Shown: positions 47,313-57,667 of the stretch, piece after piece
How the letters are laid out: each line of letters begins with the position of its first letter
Numbering within the stretch: the stretch's first letter is position 1
From: Methanobacteriota archaeon
GTDB lineage: Archaea > Halobacteriota > Methanomicrobia > Methanomicrobiales > Methanospirillaceae
Length of the DNA: 64,000 bases
Assembly (NCBI GenBank): GCA_029547605.1
Contig: JAKPPB010000003.1
Location: forward strand, 36,212-100,211
Reading direction: 5' to 3'
Position numbers and translations under genes: made by a program
The notes under the pieces: generated by a model
Seen by the model: only the letters and a program-made list of their open reading frames with translations
Database searches by the model: none
Told to the model about the DNA's origin: nothing

Positions 47313-47502
47313 GGCTCTTCGCTATCTGGTGTGGGTAGGATTGGTGAACCGGACACATATTGTGGAGGCTATCCGCCCCCATACCCCCACATGGGATGCA
47401 CGCCGCCGCCCCCGAAGGATGCCCCGGCGGCGGTTCAGTGACTGAATTGATATGCAGATAACAACCTAGATTCAGTCTCCCCACACAAAACAGGGAGGAG
47501 GC
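47313..47502 (+). mobile_element. MITE-like element, copy C (flanked by T-runs consistent with a T-rich 8-bp duplication)
   Basis: The left flank is T8 (47305-47312) and the right flank is C+T7 (47503-47510). The element is homologous end-to-end to copies A and B in the same orientation. Confidence 0.75.
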
Positions 47503-47533
47503 CTTTTTTTACTCCGCCGCAGAAGAACGGGTT

Positions 47534-47725
47534 ATGCCAGTATCGGAAGAGATTCACCCCGTAGCAATTGCCGATGAATTTCGCCAGTGCCGGACCTGCG
47601 GGTACGATCGCGGTTTCCACACCTCGCTCCAACGTATTGCAGCCGGGCATCCCCATTTCAGGGTCGTCCTGATCTGCCCCGAATGCGGGACACGGTACGA
47701 TGCCCGCTGGGTCATGGAACTCTAG
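47534..47725 (+). CDS. hypothetical small zinc-ribbon protein
   Basis: 63 aa with 'CRTCGYD....CPECGTRY'. I recognise no family. Confidence 0.4.
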   Translation: MPVSEEIHPVAIADEFRQCRTCGYDRGFHTSLQRIAAGHPHFRVVLICPECGTRYDARWVMEL

Positions 47726-47749
47726 CGGGCGGCGGGGAGACGCAATCGA

Positions 47750-48253
47750 TCAGGAAGACCCCCCGTGCCTGGAGATGAGTTCGTCCATAGTGGTGATGAC
47801 GGGGACCAGGGGTGCGGGGATACCCGTGGTCTCCGTAGTAATCGTCCTGTTTCCGACGATAATCCTGTATGCGTAATAATCAGCTCCCGGCACTGGTGCG
47901 GGATAGCTGTCCTTGAGACCTCGGATATCTGCATCGCGTATCAGGCCCCGTAGGAGGTCCATATCCGCGGCTCCGAGGTTGAACCCTCCCGTTCCATGGT
48001 GGGTGGAGTTGTACACCACCCAGCCGTCACTGAAGACAACTGCGTAATCCATGACCCCCGCGATACCGCCACTCCTGGAATATTCAATCAGGACGCCGGG
48101 AGGCTCCGGCTTCTCACCAGGCGGGCCGGCGTCTTCGGTGCATCCTGCAAAAATGACGAGTGCACCCAGAACGCACAGTGCCCAGAGCCCGTACAAGGGA
48201 TCTTTTCCCTTCTTTCTTGGCGGCAGGATCTTCGCCTGCAAACACTGCCTCAT
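47750..48253 (-). CDS. hypothetical secreted lipobox protein
   Basis: 'LYGLWALCVLGALVIFAGCTEDAG' gives a signal peptide plus an FAGC lipobox. I recognise no family. Confidence 0.5.
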   Translation of the reverse strand: MRQCLQAKILPPRKKGKDPLYGLWALCVLGALVIFAGCTEDAGPPGEKPEPPGVLIEYSRSGGIAGVMDYAVVFSDGWVVYNSTHHGTGGFNLGAADMDLLRGLIRDADIRGLKDSYPAPVPGADYYAYRIIVGNRTITTETTGIPAPLVPVITTMDELISRHGGSS

Positions 48254-48451
48254 TGAAAAACTGCCTCTCTCTTACATCTCACCGGGAAAATAAATCCTTA
48301 TCCCCGCCGGGCGGTAACAGGGAAAGACTGCGGCGGGAGAGCCTGCATCCTGCATAGGAATTTCTGGGCCGGGGAGCGTTCTTCCCTTATAATTACCAGG
48401 GCTGAGGGGAGAAAACCATACCTGTGGGGATGGATCAATCCAAAGATTCGG

Positions 48452-48778
48452 TCATAACTCCAGGATATCTTCAGGACCGCTCTTCTGGCCTTTCTTCCCG
48501 GGGGTGATCTCCTCTATGCTCCTGATCAGGCCATCGACTTTTGGATTGGAGAAGATCTCACGGAACGCCGAGAGTTCGACGGCGCTCATGATCATCACAC
48601 CCTTCTTCTTCATGGGTGCGCCCTTCTCATTGACCGGGTTGATCTCGATTGCAAGCGAAGGCGCCCTTGACTTTGTGCCCGGGAGCTTGATGAGAGAGAC
48701 CCCCTTCAACGAGGTATTCTTCCGCTCCCAGTCTTCTCCACCCTCAAGAAATGCCCGCAGTACTTCGTTCAATTCCAT
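48452..48778 (-). CDS. hypothetical protein
   Basis: A 108-aa product starts at 'MELNEVLRAFLEGGEDWERK'. The longer ORF to 48961 would overlap the divergent ogg start. I recognise no family. Confidence 0.4.
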   Translation of the reverse strand: MELNEVLRAFLEGGEDWERKNTSLKGVSLIKLPGTKSRAPSLAIEINPVNEKGAPMKKKGVMIMSAVELSAFREIFSNPKVDGLIRSIEEITPGKKGQKSGPEDILEL

Positions 48779-48947
48779 AGGGAAGAGATGAGGGACTGTA
48801 TGTAAAAAACCCTGCGGTTTGCGGGGTGAAAGAGTGTGGAAGTGGTCCTTTTCATTCCCTTGAGCGTATCCTCTCCCCGGCAGATACCGCAACCGCCACC
48901 ATTTAGAGGACGGGCACCAGATGAGAGTTGCATCATGGTGATCACAC

Positions 48948-49829
48948 ATGCCGGCAATCACGCTTCGATCCGATCAGCCATTTGACCTTGATCTGACTCT
49001 CTCCTGCGGCCAGGTCTTCCGGTGGGAGCGGAACGAAACGGGGGCATGGAACGGGATCGTGGGGGATTCCTTTATCCGAATCTGCCAGCAGGGCCGCTCG
49101 CTCATCTTCGAAGGGGCAGACACGCCGTTCATCTGCACTTATTTCCAGCTTGATGAGGACCTGCCCGGCATCATCTCCTCAATTGACAGGGATCCTCTCA
49201 TACATGCCGCCATTTCCAGGTGCGCTGGCCTCCGAATCGTCAGGCAACCGGCCTGGGAGTGCCTTGCGTCCTACATCATCGCCACTTACGCCAATATCCC
49301 GGGAATCAGGCGGCGGATATCCCTTCTCTGCCGCTGCTTCGGGGAACGTGTCACCGGAGAGCGAGGTGAATACTATACGTTCCCGACTGCAGAGGCTATC
49401 GCTTACAGTGAGCCATGCCGGATCGCCGAATGCCGCCTGGGATACCGGGCTCCATACCTGAAAGAGACTGCAAAGGCGATCGCAGAAGATTGCGGCTGGG
49501 AAGAGCGGATCGCCGGACTCTGTTACGACGATGCGAGAAGGGAACTGATGCGTCTCAAGGGGGTGGGGAAGAAAGTCGCTGACTGCGTCCTCCTCTTTGC
49601 ATTCGGCAAGGAAGAGGCATTTCCGGTCGACGTCTGGATCCGGCGCATCCTCCAGACCAGGTATCCAGGAGGGGATTCCCTGAACACCTATGACCAGTGC
49701 AGCAGGTTCGGGAGGTCTCACTATGGCAGGTATGCCGGCTACGCTCAGGAATACCTCTTTTGTGCCCGCGAAGCACTCACAGGTGAGAGGCAGGAGGGTC
49801 AGGTGCCGGTCTCCCAGCCCGAGAGGTAA
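48948..49829 (+). CDS. HhH-GPD superfamily DNA glycosylase (8-oxoguanine glycosylase / AlkA-like)
   Basis: It carries the helix-hairpin-helix plus catalytic Asp region 'LMRLKGVGKKVADCVLLFAFGKEEAFPVDVWIRRIL'. The N-terminal 'LDLTLSCGQVFRW' is typical of Ogg-like enzymes. Confidence 0.8.
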   Translation: MPAITLRSDQPFDLDLTLSCGQVFRWERNETGAWNGIVGDSFIRICQQGRSLIFEGADTPFICTYFQLDEDLPGIISSIDRDPLIHAAISRCAGLRIVRQPAWECLASYIIATYANIPGIRRRISLLCRCFGERVTGERGEYYTFPTAEAIAYSEPCRIAECRLGYRAPYLKETAKAIAEDCGWEERIAGLCYDDARRELMRLKGVGKKVADCVLLFAFGKEEAFPVDVWIRRILQTRYPGGDSLNTYDQCSRFGRSHYGRYAGYAQEYLFCAREALTGERQEGQVPVSQPER

Positions 49830-51070
49830 TCCTTCTGTTCTTTCGTGAGTTCGTCGATGGCGAGACCAAGTGAGGTGAGTTTCTTTGTAGCAACCAGGGA
49901 ATCGATCTCTGCCGGGACTTCGTAGACCCCTGGAGGCATGTTCTTTCCGTTGAGGACAATGTGACGGGCGCAGAGGGCCTGCAGGGCGAAACTCAGGTCC
50001 ATGACCTCGATTGGGTGGCCCATTCCCTTGGGGATAGCCAGGTTCACCAGGCGGCCTTCCGCGAGCACGTGGATATCTTTTCCATCCAGGTGGTATGTGT
50101 CGATCCCGTCACGCCTTGTCACTGCTTTTGCGTGTGACTCCAGCCACTTTACATCGATCTCAACGTTGAAATGCCCGGCATTGGCAAGGACCGCCCCCGG
50201 TCTCATCTTCCTGAAGTGCCGTGCGGTGACCACCGAGGTGTTCCCTGTGGTGGTGATGAACAGCTCCCCCGCCTCTGCGGCCGCCTCCATGGGCATGACG
50301 AGGAAGCCGTCCATATAGGCCTCAAGCGCCCGGCGGGGATCAACCTCGGTGACGATGACCCGGGCCCCGAGCCCGTGGAGCTTTTTCGCAAGCCCCCTCC
50401 CGCAGAACCCGTACCCTGCGACCACGACGGCTTTCCCGGCAATCAGCATGTTTGTGGTGAGCATGATCGCCGCGAGTGCGCTCTCCCCAGTTCCGTGAAC
50501 ATTGTCAAAGAACCGCTTCATGGGGGTGTCATTCACTGCGATGACAGGGAACCGGAGTTTCTCTTCCCTCGCCATTGCGCGGAGCCGGTGCACTCCCGTC
50601 GTGGTCTCCTCGCACCCTCCGATAACACCGGGGATGAGGTCCATCCTTGTGGTGTGGAGGCGGTGGATGAGGTCCATGCCGTCGTCGATAGTCACCTGGG
50701 GCCTGGCATCCAGCACCATGTCAATGGCCGCGTAATACTCCTCTGTCGTGGCACCGCGCTTCGCGTAGCAGTGCACGCCTACAACCTGCCCGAGCGCATT
50801 GGCGACATCGTCCTGCGTGCTGAGCGGGTTGCACCCGGTGATATATACCTCTGCGCCTCCGGCAGCAAGCGCCTCCACGAGGCAGGCGGTCTTTGCCTCG
50901 ACGTGAAGAGCCATCCCTATTCGCATCCCGCGGAACGGAAGTTCCCGTATGAACTCCTCGCGTATGGATGCGAGGACCGGCATGAACTGCCGGGCCCATG
51001 TCATCTTCTTCTCTCCGGTCTCCATGGACTCGTGATCCCGCCGGGGAGAATCACTCTCCCGCCCCGGCAT
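49799..51070 (-). CDS. ahcY: adenosylhomocysteinase
   Basis: 'GEKKMTWARQFMPVL', 'EETTTGVHRL' and the NAD motif 'VVVAGYGFCGRGLA' are present. 423 aa. The 3' end overlaps the convergent glycosylase gene by 31 nt. Confidence 0.9.
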   Translation of the reverse strand: MPGRESDSPRRDHESMETGEKKMTWARQFMPVLASIREEFIRELPFRGMRIGMALHVEAKTACLVEALAAGGAEVYITGCNPLSTQDDVANALGQVVGVHCYAKRGATTEEYYAAIDMVLDARPQVTIDDGMDLIHRLHTTRMDLIPGVIGGCEETTTGVHRLRAMAREEKLRFPVIAVNDTPMKRFFDNVHGTGESALAAIMLTTNMLIAGKAVVVAGYGFCGRGLAKKLHGLGARVIVTEVDPRRALEAYMDGFLVMPMEAAAEAGELFITTTGNTSVVTARHFRKMRPGAVLANAGHFNVEIDVKWLESHAKAVTRRDGIDTYHLDGKDIHVLAEGRLVNLAIPKGMGHPIEVMDLSFALQALCARHIVLNGKNMPPGVYEVPAEIDSLVATKKLTSLGLAIDELTKEQKDYLSGWETGT

Positions 51071-51163
51071 TTCTCTTTAAGAAATTCCCCCTGCAAGAGT
51101 GATAAAAACCCCGGGTGCTGCATGTCATAACCCTGATAATCCCTCCCCACCCACACTCTTCCT

Positions 51164-51970
51164 ATGACGCTTACCCGTCGCATCATTCCCTGCCTTGACC
51201 TGAAGGGCGGGAGGGTAGTGAAGGGGACCCACTTCCTGGAGCTCCGGGACGCGGGAGACCCGGTGGAGCTCGCCCAGCGGTACAATGAACAGGGCGCAGA
51301 CGAGGTGGTGTTCCTCGACATCACCGCATCGAAAGAGCAGCGCGGGACCATCATCGAGGTCATCGAGCGGGCCGCGGACCAGCTCTTCCTTCCCCTTACC
51401 GTCGGAGGGGGTATCCGCTCGGTCGAGGACATCCAGCAGATCCTCCGTGCAGGGGCCGACAAGGTGAGCATCAATACGAGCGCCGTGCATGACCCCTCCC
51501 TCCTCTCAAGGGGCGCCGAGAAGTTTGGCACCCAGTGCATCGTCCTTGCAGAGGACGTGAGGAGGAACTTTACGGCAAACCCCGATGCCACCCCGGTTAC
51601 GCTGCCCGACGGCAGGACCTGCTGGTACGAGGTGGTGATCTACGGGGGGAGCAAGCCCACCGGGATCGATGCCATCACCTGGGCCAGGGAAGCCGAGGAG
51701 CGCGGGGCAGGCGAGATCCTCCTCACCAGCATGGAGACTGATGGGACGAAGAACGGGTTCGATATCCCCATCACTGCGGCGATCTCCGATGCAGTGGGGA
51801 TACCGGTCATCGCCAGCGGCGGGGTCGGGACGCTCGAGCACTTCTACGAAGGGTTCGTCAATGGAAAAGCGGACGCGTGCCTTGCCGCAAGCGTATTCCA
51901 CTACGGGGAGATGACCGTCCGCCAGGTTAAGGAGTACCTTGCCCGGAGGGGTATCCCGGTACGGCTCTGA
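51164..51970 (+). CDS. hisF: imidazole glycerol phosphate synthase, cyclase subunit
   Basis: '[19 protein letters not shown]', '[11 protein letters not shown]', '[10 protein letters not shown]' and 'IASGGVG' are present. Confidence 0.95.
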   Translation: MTLTRRIIPCLDLKGGRVVKGTHFLELRDAGDPVELAQRYNEQGADEVVFLDITASKEQRGTIIEVIERAADQLFLPLTVGGGIRSVEDIQQILRAGADKVSINTSAVHDPSLLSRGAEKFGTQCIVLAEDVRRNFTANPDATPVTLPDGRTCWYEVVIYGGSKPTGIDAITWAREAEERGAGEILLTSMETDGTKNGFDIPITAAISDAVGIPVIASGGVGTLEHFYEGFVNGKADACLAASVFHYGEMTVRQVKEYLARRGIPVRL

Positions 51971-53567
51971 GGTCGATCTCCACGGCTGCAACAGGGTGCT
52001 CGAGTTCGAAAGCATTCAGCACTGCAGGGTGAATCTCCCCGAAGGTCCCGACCGTGCGGCCGTTCGCCACAAGGCATCCCCTTCTCCCCTCAATGAAGGC
52101 GGGGTCCCCTGACTTTCCTGCGGTATAGGGAATGGACAATTCCCTGCAGAGAGCATCTGCCACTGCGTAGGCCTCGGAGAAGTCAGCGGCAGGGTGGAGC
52201 GAGACAAATGCAGATTTATGGAAGGTTTCGAGGCCCTCGACCACGTCCCCCACGGCAAAGAGCCGCTGCGGGAGTTCGCGGTGCCGGTTGAACTGGAGCA
52301 TCTCGATGAGGAGCGGCAGTATCGCGGTCCGCACGATGGTGTTCTCTTCGCTGATGGGATGAAGGACACCGAGGGTCTCCGGTGCATAAGGGCGCTGCAT
52401 CTTCTGGTACATCACCCTCTCACTGGTCAGCGTGAACGGGATCACTTCCTGGTACCCGAGGCCCGTGCCGAGCGAGCGGACCATTGACGCGATGGCCATG
52501 ACAGGGTGTGCCTGCCCGATCGTGAAAGTGGGGGGTAGTTCCGCCCTGAAGTTCTCGTACCCGAACGCGATGGCCGCATCCTCGAAGATATCCCAGTCGT
52601 GCATGATGTCTGCCCGGTAACAGGGTACCGTGACCCTGACCCCGTCATCCCCCGCTGGTTCCGCACCGAAACGCATTTTCTGCAGGAGAAGGGAGAGTTC
52701 AGCGGGAGTGAATTCGACGCCGAGCAGGGAGCTGCACTCGCGGGCGCTCACCACCCGGGTAGAGGGGGCAAGGGTCGGGATGTGGGAACCGGAGACGAGA
52801 ACGCTCTCGATCGTCCCCCCGGCATCGGCAAGCGCCGTACAGATGATGTTGACGGCAGTCATCACGGCCCGTTCATCGGTGCCCGTCGTATCAAGGAGGA
52901 GGTTTCTCGACTCCGCGGTGACTCGGGTCAGCTCTCCGTTGATGATGGGGGGGAACGAGAGGACCTGGTTGCAGGCGTCCACTATGAGGGGGAACCTTGG
53001 GAAGTCCCTGACAATTGCTGCATACGCACGCCCCTTGGGGTGCTCATCCAGTATCTCTTCCATGGTCATCTCCCGGTCATAGTCCAGAGGGACGAATGCC
53101 CTCGTGCGCTCCTCGGCAATGTAACGAAACGGCGGCGTCACGCGGTCGAGGTCGTGGATCCCGATTGCGACCTTGCTCCTGCCGCGGCCCAGTGCCCAGT
53201 GAAGCGCCTCCTGGAGGCCCATAAGCGAGAGAATCGACTCCTCGTCGAGCGTGATTCCCCTGATTACCGCGGTTCCCAGGTACGGGCGTATCGAGGCCAG
53301 CCCTGGGTCAACGGAGAAGCTGATACCTGACGGCGTGACCCTGTACTCGGGGAGCCCCGTCTCAAGGCCGAGGAAGCCCCTCATTGCCCTCGCAACCCCC
53401 TCCACCGAGAAGAGGTCCGGGCGGGAAGGGAAGAACTCCACGTCGACGTGGTCCTCGTCTATGCGCTCGATGTCAGAACCAATCATTGGAAGACGTTCGA
53501 GAATCGTTGCCCTGTCGCATCCCACAAGTCTCTCCAGGTAACGGTAGTGAAGAGTGATCACTGCCAT
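51927..53567 (-). CDS. pheT: phenylalanine--tRNA ligase, beta subunit (archaeal type)
   Basis: '[16 protein letters not shown]...[27 protein letters not shown]' is the typical archaeal PheT N-terminus. About 546 aa, immediately downstream of pheS. Confidence 0.9.
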   Translation of the reverse strand: MAVITLHYRYLERLVGCDRATILERLPMIGSDIERIDEDHVDVEFFPSRPDLFSVEGVARAMRGFLGLETGLPEYRVTPSGISFSVDPGLASIRPYLGTAVIRGITLDEESILSLMGLQEALHWALGRGRSKVAIGIHDLDRVTPPFRYIAEERTRAFVPLDYDREMTMEEILDEHPKGRAYAAIVRDFPRFPLIVDACNQVLSFPPIINGELTRVTAESRNLLLDTTGTDERAVMTAVNIICTALADAGGTIESVLVSGSHIPTLAPSTRVVSARECSSLLGVEFTPAELSLLLQKMRFGAEPAGDDGVRVTVPCYRADIMHDWDIFEDAAIAFGYENFRAELPPTFTIGQAHPVMAIASMVRSLGTGLGYQEVIPFTLTSERVMYQKMQRPYAPETLGVLHPISEENTIVRTAILPLLIEMLQFNRHRELPQRLFAVGDVVEGLETFHKSAFVSLHPAADFSEAYAVADALCRELSIPYTAGKSGDPAFIEGRRGCLVANGRTVGTFGEIHPAVLNAFELEHPVAAVEIDLRAVPGYPSGQGTP

Positions 53568-53568
53568 T

Positions 53569-55017
53569 TCAGTTTCCCCCCCTGACCTCACTGGACTGCT
53601 GCCACGAAGGTGTCTCCCTCACAAGGTCGATGTCGGTCCGGTAGAGTTGCCGGAGGTCTTTTAACCCAAGGCGCAGCATCGCGACCCTGCTGACGCCGAG
53701 CCCCCATGCCAGCACGGGGTGGGTGACCCCCCATGGGGCACGCACCTCTTCCCTGAAGATTCCGGCACCCCCCATCTCTACCCAGCCAAGCCCGTCGACG
53801 TAGACCTCGGGTTCGACTGAAGGCTCGGTGTAGGGGAAGTACCCGGGCCGGAACCTCACATCCTCAAAGCCCATGCGCCCATAGAACTCCTTCAGGAACC
53901 CGAGGAGATGACGAAACGTGACGTCCCGGTCCATGACGATCCCCTCCAGCTGCTCGAATTCTGCGAGGTGCGTGGAGTCAATGGACTCCCTCCTGTATAC
54001 CCGGCCGATACAGAAGACCTTGACGGGGGGCTCCGGGTGAGCGACAAGGTGCTGGATGGAGAGGCTTGTCGTGTGAGTGCGAAGCACGCACTGCTCTGCC
54101 TTCTCCCTGCTCCAGTGGCCCCCCCATCCCGTCGATGAGGTGGTGCCCCCGTGAAGGTGCATATCTCTCACTTTCTCATACCCCTCGGGTACTGGGACGT
54201 GCTCTTTTAAGAAGAAGGTGTCCTGCATCTCGCGGGCAGGGTGGTCCTGGGGCTGGAAGAGGGCATCGAAGTTCCAGAACGAGCTCTGCACGAGGCCACC
54301 ATAAATCTCTGCAAAACCCATCTCGAGGAGGATCTGCCGCATCTCGTCAAGGAGTCTCTGGTACGGGTGGACTTTCCCGGGGTAGATCTTCCTTGGCAGG
54401 GTCTCCAGGCTGTAGCGTCTGAGGCGAAGGTCCTTCCAGGCGCCGCCGATGATCTGCTCGCGCGTGAGGGTCCCCACCTCCTCCACGAGATCCAGTCCCT
54501 TCGCTGCAAGGGCCTCCCCTTCAGGCGTGACGGTGATCAGGTAGACTGTCTCCTGGCGCTCGCAGATGAGCCCCCTCTTCTGGAGCAGGGCGATTCCCTT
54601 ACCACCCCGTGAGAGATCGGCGAGGGCGATCTCGTCCTCCCCGGGTGCATCCCTCCCGGTCTTCTCCACCATCCCGTCGCGGATCGCCACCCATCCTTTC
54701 TTTCTCATCTGGCCCATTCCGACCCGGGAAAGGGGGTGCGCTGTCAGATCGGATATGGGGATGCGTTCATTGAAACTATTCAGCATCTGGCGCTCGGGCA
54801 GGCCTTCCCTTGCATATCTTGCTCCCTCTTCTGTAAGGTGATAGGTGATATCGACCTTCTTCTCCACCCTGGCAAGGCCCCGGCCTTCCAGCAGCAGGGC
54901 AAACTGGATCACCGACTCAGCCGTCGTGTCCATGTGGGAGGCAAGTGTAGCCGGATCTCCTTTTTTTATCTTTTCAAGGACTTTCAAGAGCCTTTTTTCG
55001 TTCAGCGACAGGTCCAT
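53569..55017 (-). CDS. pheS: phenylalanine--tRNA ligase, alpha subunit
   Basis: The class II core motifs are '[11 protein letters not shown]', 'VLRTHTTS', '[10 protein letters not shown]' and 'GAGIFREEV'. Confidence 0.9.
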   Translation of the reverse strand: MDLSLNEKRLLKVLEKIKKGDPATLASHMDTTAESVIQFALLLEGRGLARVEKKVDITYHLTEEGARYAREGLPERQMLNSFNERIPISDLTAHPLSRVGMGQMRKKGWVAIRDGMVEKTGRDAPGEDEIALADLSRGGKGIALLQKRGLICERQETVYLITVTPEGEALAAKGLDLVEEVGTLTREQIIGGAWKDLRLRRYSLETLPRKIYPGKVHPYQRLLDEMRQILLEMGFAEIYGGLVQSSFWNFDALFQPQDHPAREMQDTFFLKEHVPVPEGYEKVRDMHLHGGTTSSTGWGGHWSREKAEQCVLRTHTTSLSIQHLVAHPEPPVKVFCIGRVYRRESIDSTHLAEFEQLEGIVMDRDVTFRHLLGFLKEFYGRMGFEDVRFRPGYFPYTEPSVEPEVYVDGLGWVEMGGAGIFREEVRAPWGVTHPVLAWGLGVSRVAMLRLGLKDLRQLYRTDIDLVRETPSWQQSSEVRGGN

Positions 55018-55018
55018 A

Positions 55019-56275
55019 TCACTCCACCTTCACGAGGTGCGCCACTGCCTCCATCCTCTCGCGGAAGTCCCGGACAAAGGCCAGCACCCGCTCTGCGGTC
55101 TCCTTCTTGCACTGCCCGCACATCATCTCACCCTGGAGACAGCGCCTGCGCAATTCGGCAAGCTCTCTATCGTCTTCCACCATGTGGAAGAGGTTCAGCA
55201 AAAAGAGGGGGCAGCGGTCCGGCTCGCCGCCCTGCTCCTTCTGCTCCGCGAGCGTCGGCCGGCCGCCAGTGAGCGCGGCCATCACCTTCTTTCTCACCAC
55301 CCCTTCGGGCTCCGTGAACGTGATGGTGCTCTCGGGGACGCTGCTTGACATCTTTCCTCCCTGGAGGCCGGGAATGAAGCGGTGGTAGGTCGAAGAGGGC
55401 GTGAAGAACCCGTACCCTCCGTGCGCGATCTCGATCTGGCGCACCATTGCGCTGACATCGCTGCACCGCCCCCCCGGGATATCGACGTGTCCTTCATATT
55501 TCCTGGAACCTGCAAATCGCCGGTGCACTTCTTCGAGAGCTGCGGAAGGGGCGTTCTTTGACCGGACACTGATGTACCCGTCCCTCTCCTCCACCGTGAA
55601 CATACGGAGCTTGTGCGCGACACCCCTCGTCAGCCGGATGTGCGGGTCCTGGTCGATGCCGACCGGGACGATGGTAGGGGCGGGATGGCTGTGCACCTGT
55701 GGGTAGAGGATATCGGCAACCTGTGTGATCACGCTCTCGGCGTGTGCAAGCGCGGTCTCGTCCGAGAACCCATAGATCGCCTGGAGTTCCGAGAAGTTCA
55801 CCTTGGTCGCCGCTTCGAACGCAAGGTCCGCCAGCTGCCTGTTCCTGCTCTGGAAGTAGGAATGCCCCCGGTACCCAAGCGCATAGAGACACTCCAGGTA
55901 CTCCCTCCCGTACTCGTCGCATTTCGTCCAGGGGATATCACGCACTGCATGGGCTTCCCTGTCCGCGATGGTGATATAGCCGGTCCCACCCTGCTCCACG
56001 TGCCATATCACCTCTTTCATCACCATCAGGTGTCCGAGGTGGGGGTGACCTGAAGGCATGAACCCTGTCAGGACGTGAAAGGGCCTCGAGTCCCTGATTG
56101 CCTCTGCAATCTGACGATAATCGCGGTGGCCGACCACGACGCCGCGGCTGATGAACGACGGTACACAGGGGAGGATCCCTTCAATGCTGGCGATCGGCTC
56201 GATGCCGAACATGGTGAAAAGCTTCTCGATATCGTCGGACTGCTGGCTGGACCAGGGGTTTAAAGGTTCCTGCAT
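55019..56275 (-). CDS. trpS: tryptophan--tRNA ligase (archaeal/eukaryotic type)
   Basis: 'LNPWSS...EKLFTMFGIEP', 'RGVVVGHRD', the HIGH-like 'PSGHPHLGH' and 'KMSSS' are present, along with a Cys-rich C-terminal segment. Confidence 0.85.
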   Translation of the reverse strand: MQEPLNPWSSQQSDDIEKLFTMFGIEPIASIEGILPCVPSFISRGVVVGHRDYRQIAEAIRDSRPFHVLTGFMPSGHPHLGHLMVMKEVIWHVEQGGTGYITIADREAHAVRDIPWTKCDEYGREYLECLYALGYRGHSYFQSRNRQLADLAFEAATKVNFSELQAIYGFSDETALAHAESVITQVADILYPQVHSHPAPTIVPVGIDQDPHIRLTRGVAHKLRMFTVEERDGYISVRSKNAPSAALEEVHRRFAGSRKYEGHVDIPGGRCSDVSAMVRQIEIAHGGYGFFTPSSTYHRFIPGLQGGKMSSSVPESTITFTEPEGVVRKKVMAALTGGRPTLAEQKEQGGEPDRCPLFLLNLFHMVEDDRELAELRRRCLQGEMMCGQCKKETAERVLAFVRDFRERMEAVAHLVKVE

Positions 56276-56286
56276 GGGTTACCTAC

Positions 56287-57294
56287 TCACAGTTTTATCC
56301 GGGCAAATTCCACGTACTGGATTCCTTGAGTATGTTCGCATCCGAATAACATCTTCTTTTTCACACTGTGAGCCAGGCGGACGGATCTCGAGATGGTACT
56401 CATAGGGAGGGCCACTCCTTCCGGGAGGGCCTGCACCAGCATCTCTGAATGGACCTTTTTCCCTGAATAGACGCGGAAATGGTGGCCGAACTTGTAGCCG
56501 GTGCGCGGGACGAAGCCGCGGGACCTCAGATCGTCGTAGACTGCCACCTTCACGGGGAACTCGGGGTCAGCCTCCTGCGCCATCAGGCGGTACTTGCCGG
56601 GATCTATGGGTTCGCCGTTGCCGTAAAGGATGAGCCGTCCGGAATGCATCAGGTTGAGGATCTCGAGGGGGGCAAGCACCAGCCGCTCCGGGTCAAGCTG
56701 CATCCCGAATGTAGCCGGGATCGCGGCCCCCGGTCCGGGAGCATGGACGATTGCGTACTTCCCGACAAGTTCTCCCCGGAAGTGGTCTACAGGTGCCTCC
56801 TGATCAACCCGCGGGAGAGTGGGCATCCTCACCTCGTAGTAGGTCAGTTCGTTCTCGTCGTCGACCACCGCGAGGACGTGTTGCTTCCTGAGGTTGAGCG
56901 AGGCAGTTGCCTCCCTGACAAGGCTTGAGAAGTCGATCAAGTCTCTCTCGGAGATGACCCTGATCATGTACTGGGACTGGCCGGTGCCGGGCCTCTGTCC
57001 CCTCCTGAAGACACGGAAGTCGTGCGGCCCGGTCTGTATGACGTATCCCCTCTCCCTTATATCCCGGTAGACCAGGTAACTCCGCAGGAAATTGGGCTTC
57101 TCCGCACAGACCGCCAGGAACCGGTCGAAAGGATGACCAGCAACGTCGAGCCGTCCCCGGTGGACGAGGTACAGCGCCTCCTCGGGCGCAAGCTTCAGGC
57201 CCTCCTTCTCGGGCCGGCCATAGCCGCTCTGGTCGTAGAGTGCGCGGCCCTCGGATCCAACCCTTACCCACTTCCCGTCAAAAGTGGCTTTCAC
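56287..57294 (-). CDS. endA: tRNA-splicing endonuclease (two-domain, about 335-aa form)
   Basis: 'GRALYDQSGYGRPE...LAPEEALYLVHRGRLDV' and the C-terminal catalytic unit 'VYDDLRSRGFVPRTGYKFGHHFRVY' are present. GTG start. Confidence 0.85.
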   Translation of the reverse strand: MKATFDGKWVRVGSEGRALYDQSGYGRPEKEGLKLAPEEALYLVHRGRLDVAGHPFDRFLAVCAEKPNFLRSYLVYRDIRERGYVIQTGPHDFRVFRRGQRPGTGQSQYMIRVISERDLIDFSSLVREATASLNLRKQHVLAVVDDENELTYYEVRMPTLPRVDQEAPVDHFRGELVGKYAIVHAPGPGAAIPATFGMQLDPERLVLAPLEILNLMHSGRLILYGNGEPIDPGKYRLMAQEADPEFPVKVAVYDDLRSRGFVPRTGYKFGHHFRVYSGKKVHSEMLVQALPEGVALPMSTISRSVRLAHSVKKKMLFGCEHTQGIQYVEFARIKL

Positions 57295-57504
57295 TGTATA
57301 CTCATTTGCAGAGAGCGTTCATAATATCATGCAGCGCTCTGGTATGCCTTAAGAAATGGAAATGGCAGAAAGTGGAGGTCTTGATCACTCTTATAGAATA
57401 CCAAGGAGCGAATCTCAAATTCTTATACGAACAATATTATGCCTTCAATTTCATTTTTACGCCTGATTTGTCCGGCGCGAGGGGAACCAGCAATCACTGT
57501 CTAT

Positions 57505-57537
57505 GCAATACCTATGTAATACCTTCGTAATACTTTT
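57505..57537. promoter_or_regulatory. three tandem, helically phased 11-nt repeats (GCAATACCTAT / GTAATACCTTC / GTAATACTTTT) in the AT-rich leader of the 57.7-kb module
   Basis: AATAC(C/T) recurs at 57507, 57518 and 57529, an exact 11-nt period. The repeats lie 131-163 nt upstream of the radical-SAM ATG. The surrounding 370 nt are visibly AT-richer than the rest of the window. Confidence 0.45.
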
Positions 57538-57667
57538 TTGGGAAAATACGGCCGCAGAGAGAAGGACTTATACCATGCCGGCAGGAAACCTCTCTTTTCA
57601 TGATTCAGGGGGAGGCAAAAATGCGGGAATGGAGTGACCATCCCGGCTCCTGCGGGGTGCAGTTCGG

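Noticed and set aside
44492-47502. MITE copies B and C are direct repeats bracketing a 2.6-kb segment (AT-rich DNA, FKBP gene, nifB) next to a tRNA gene. This might be a composite transposon or an integrated element with attL/attR.
   Set aside because: Copy B has its own matching 8-bp duplication and copy C its own T-run flanks (ATTATTTA versus T-run), so each was inserted independently and they have not recombined. A third copy lies 26 kb away. The repeats share nothing with the tRNA 3' end, and no integrase is present.
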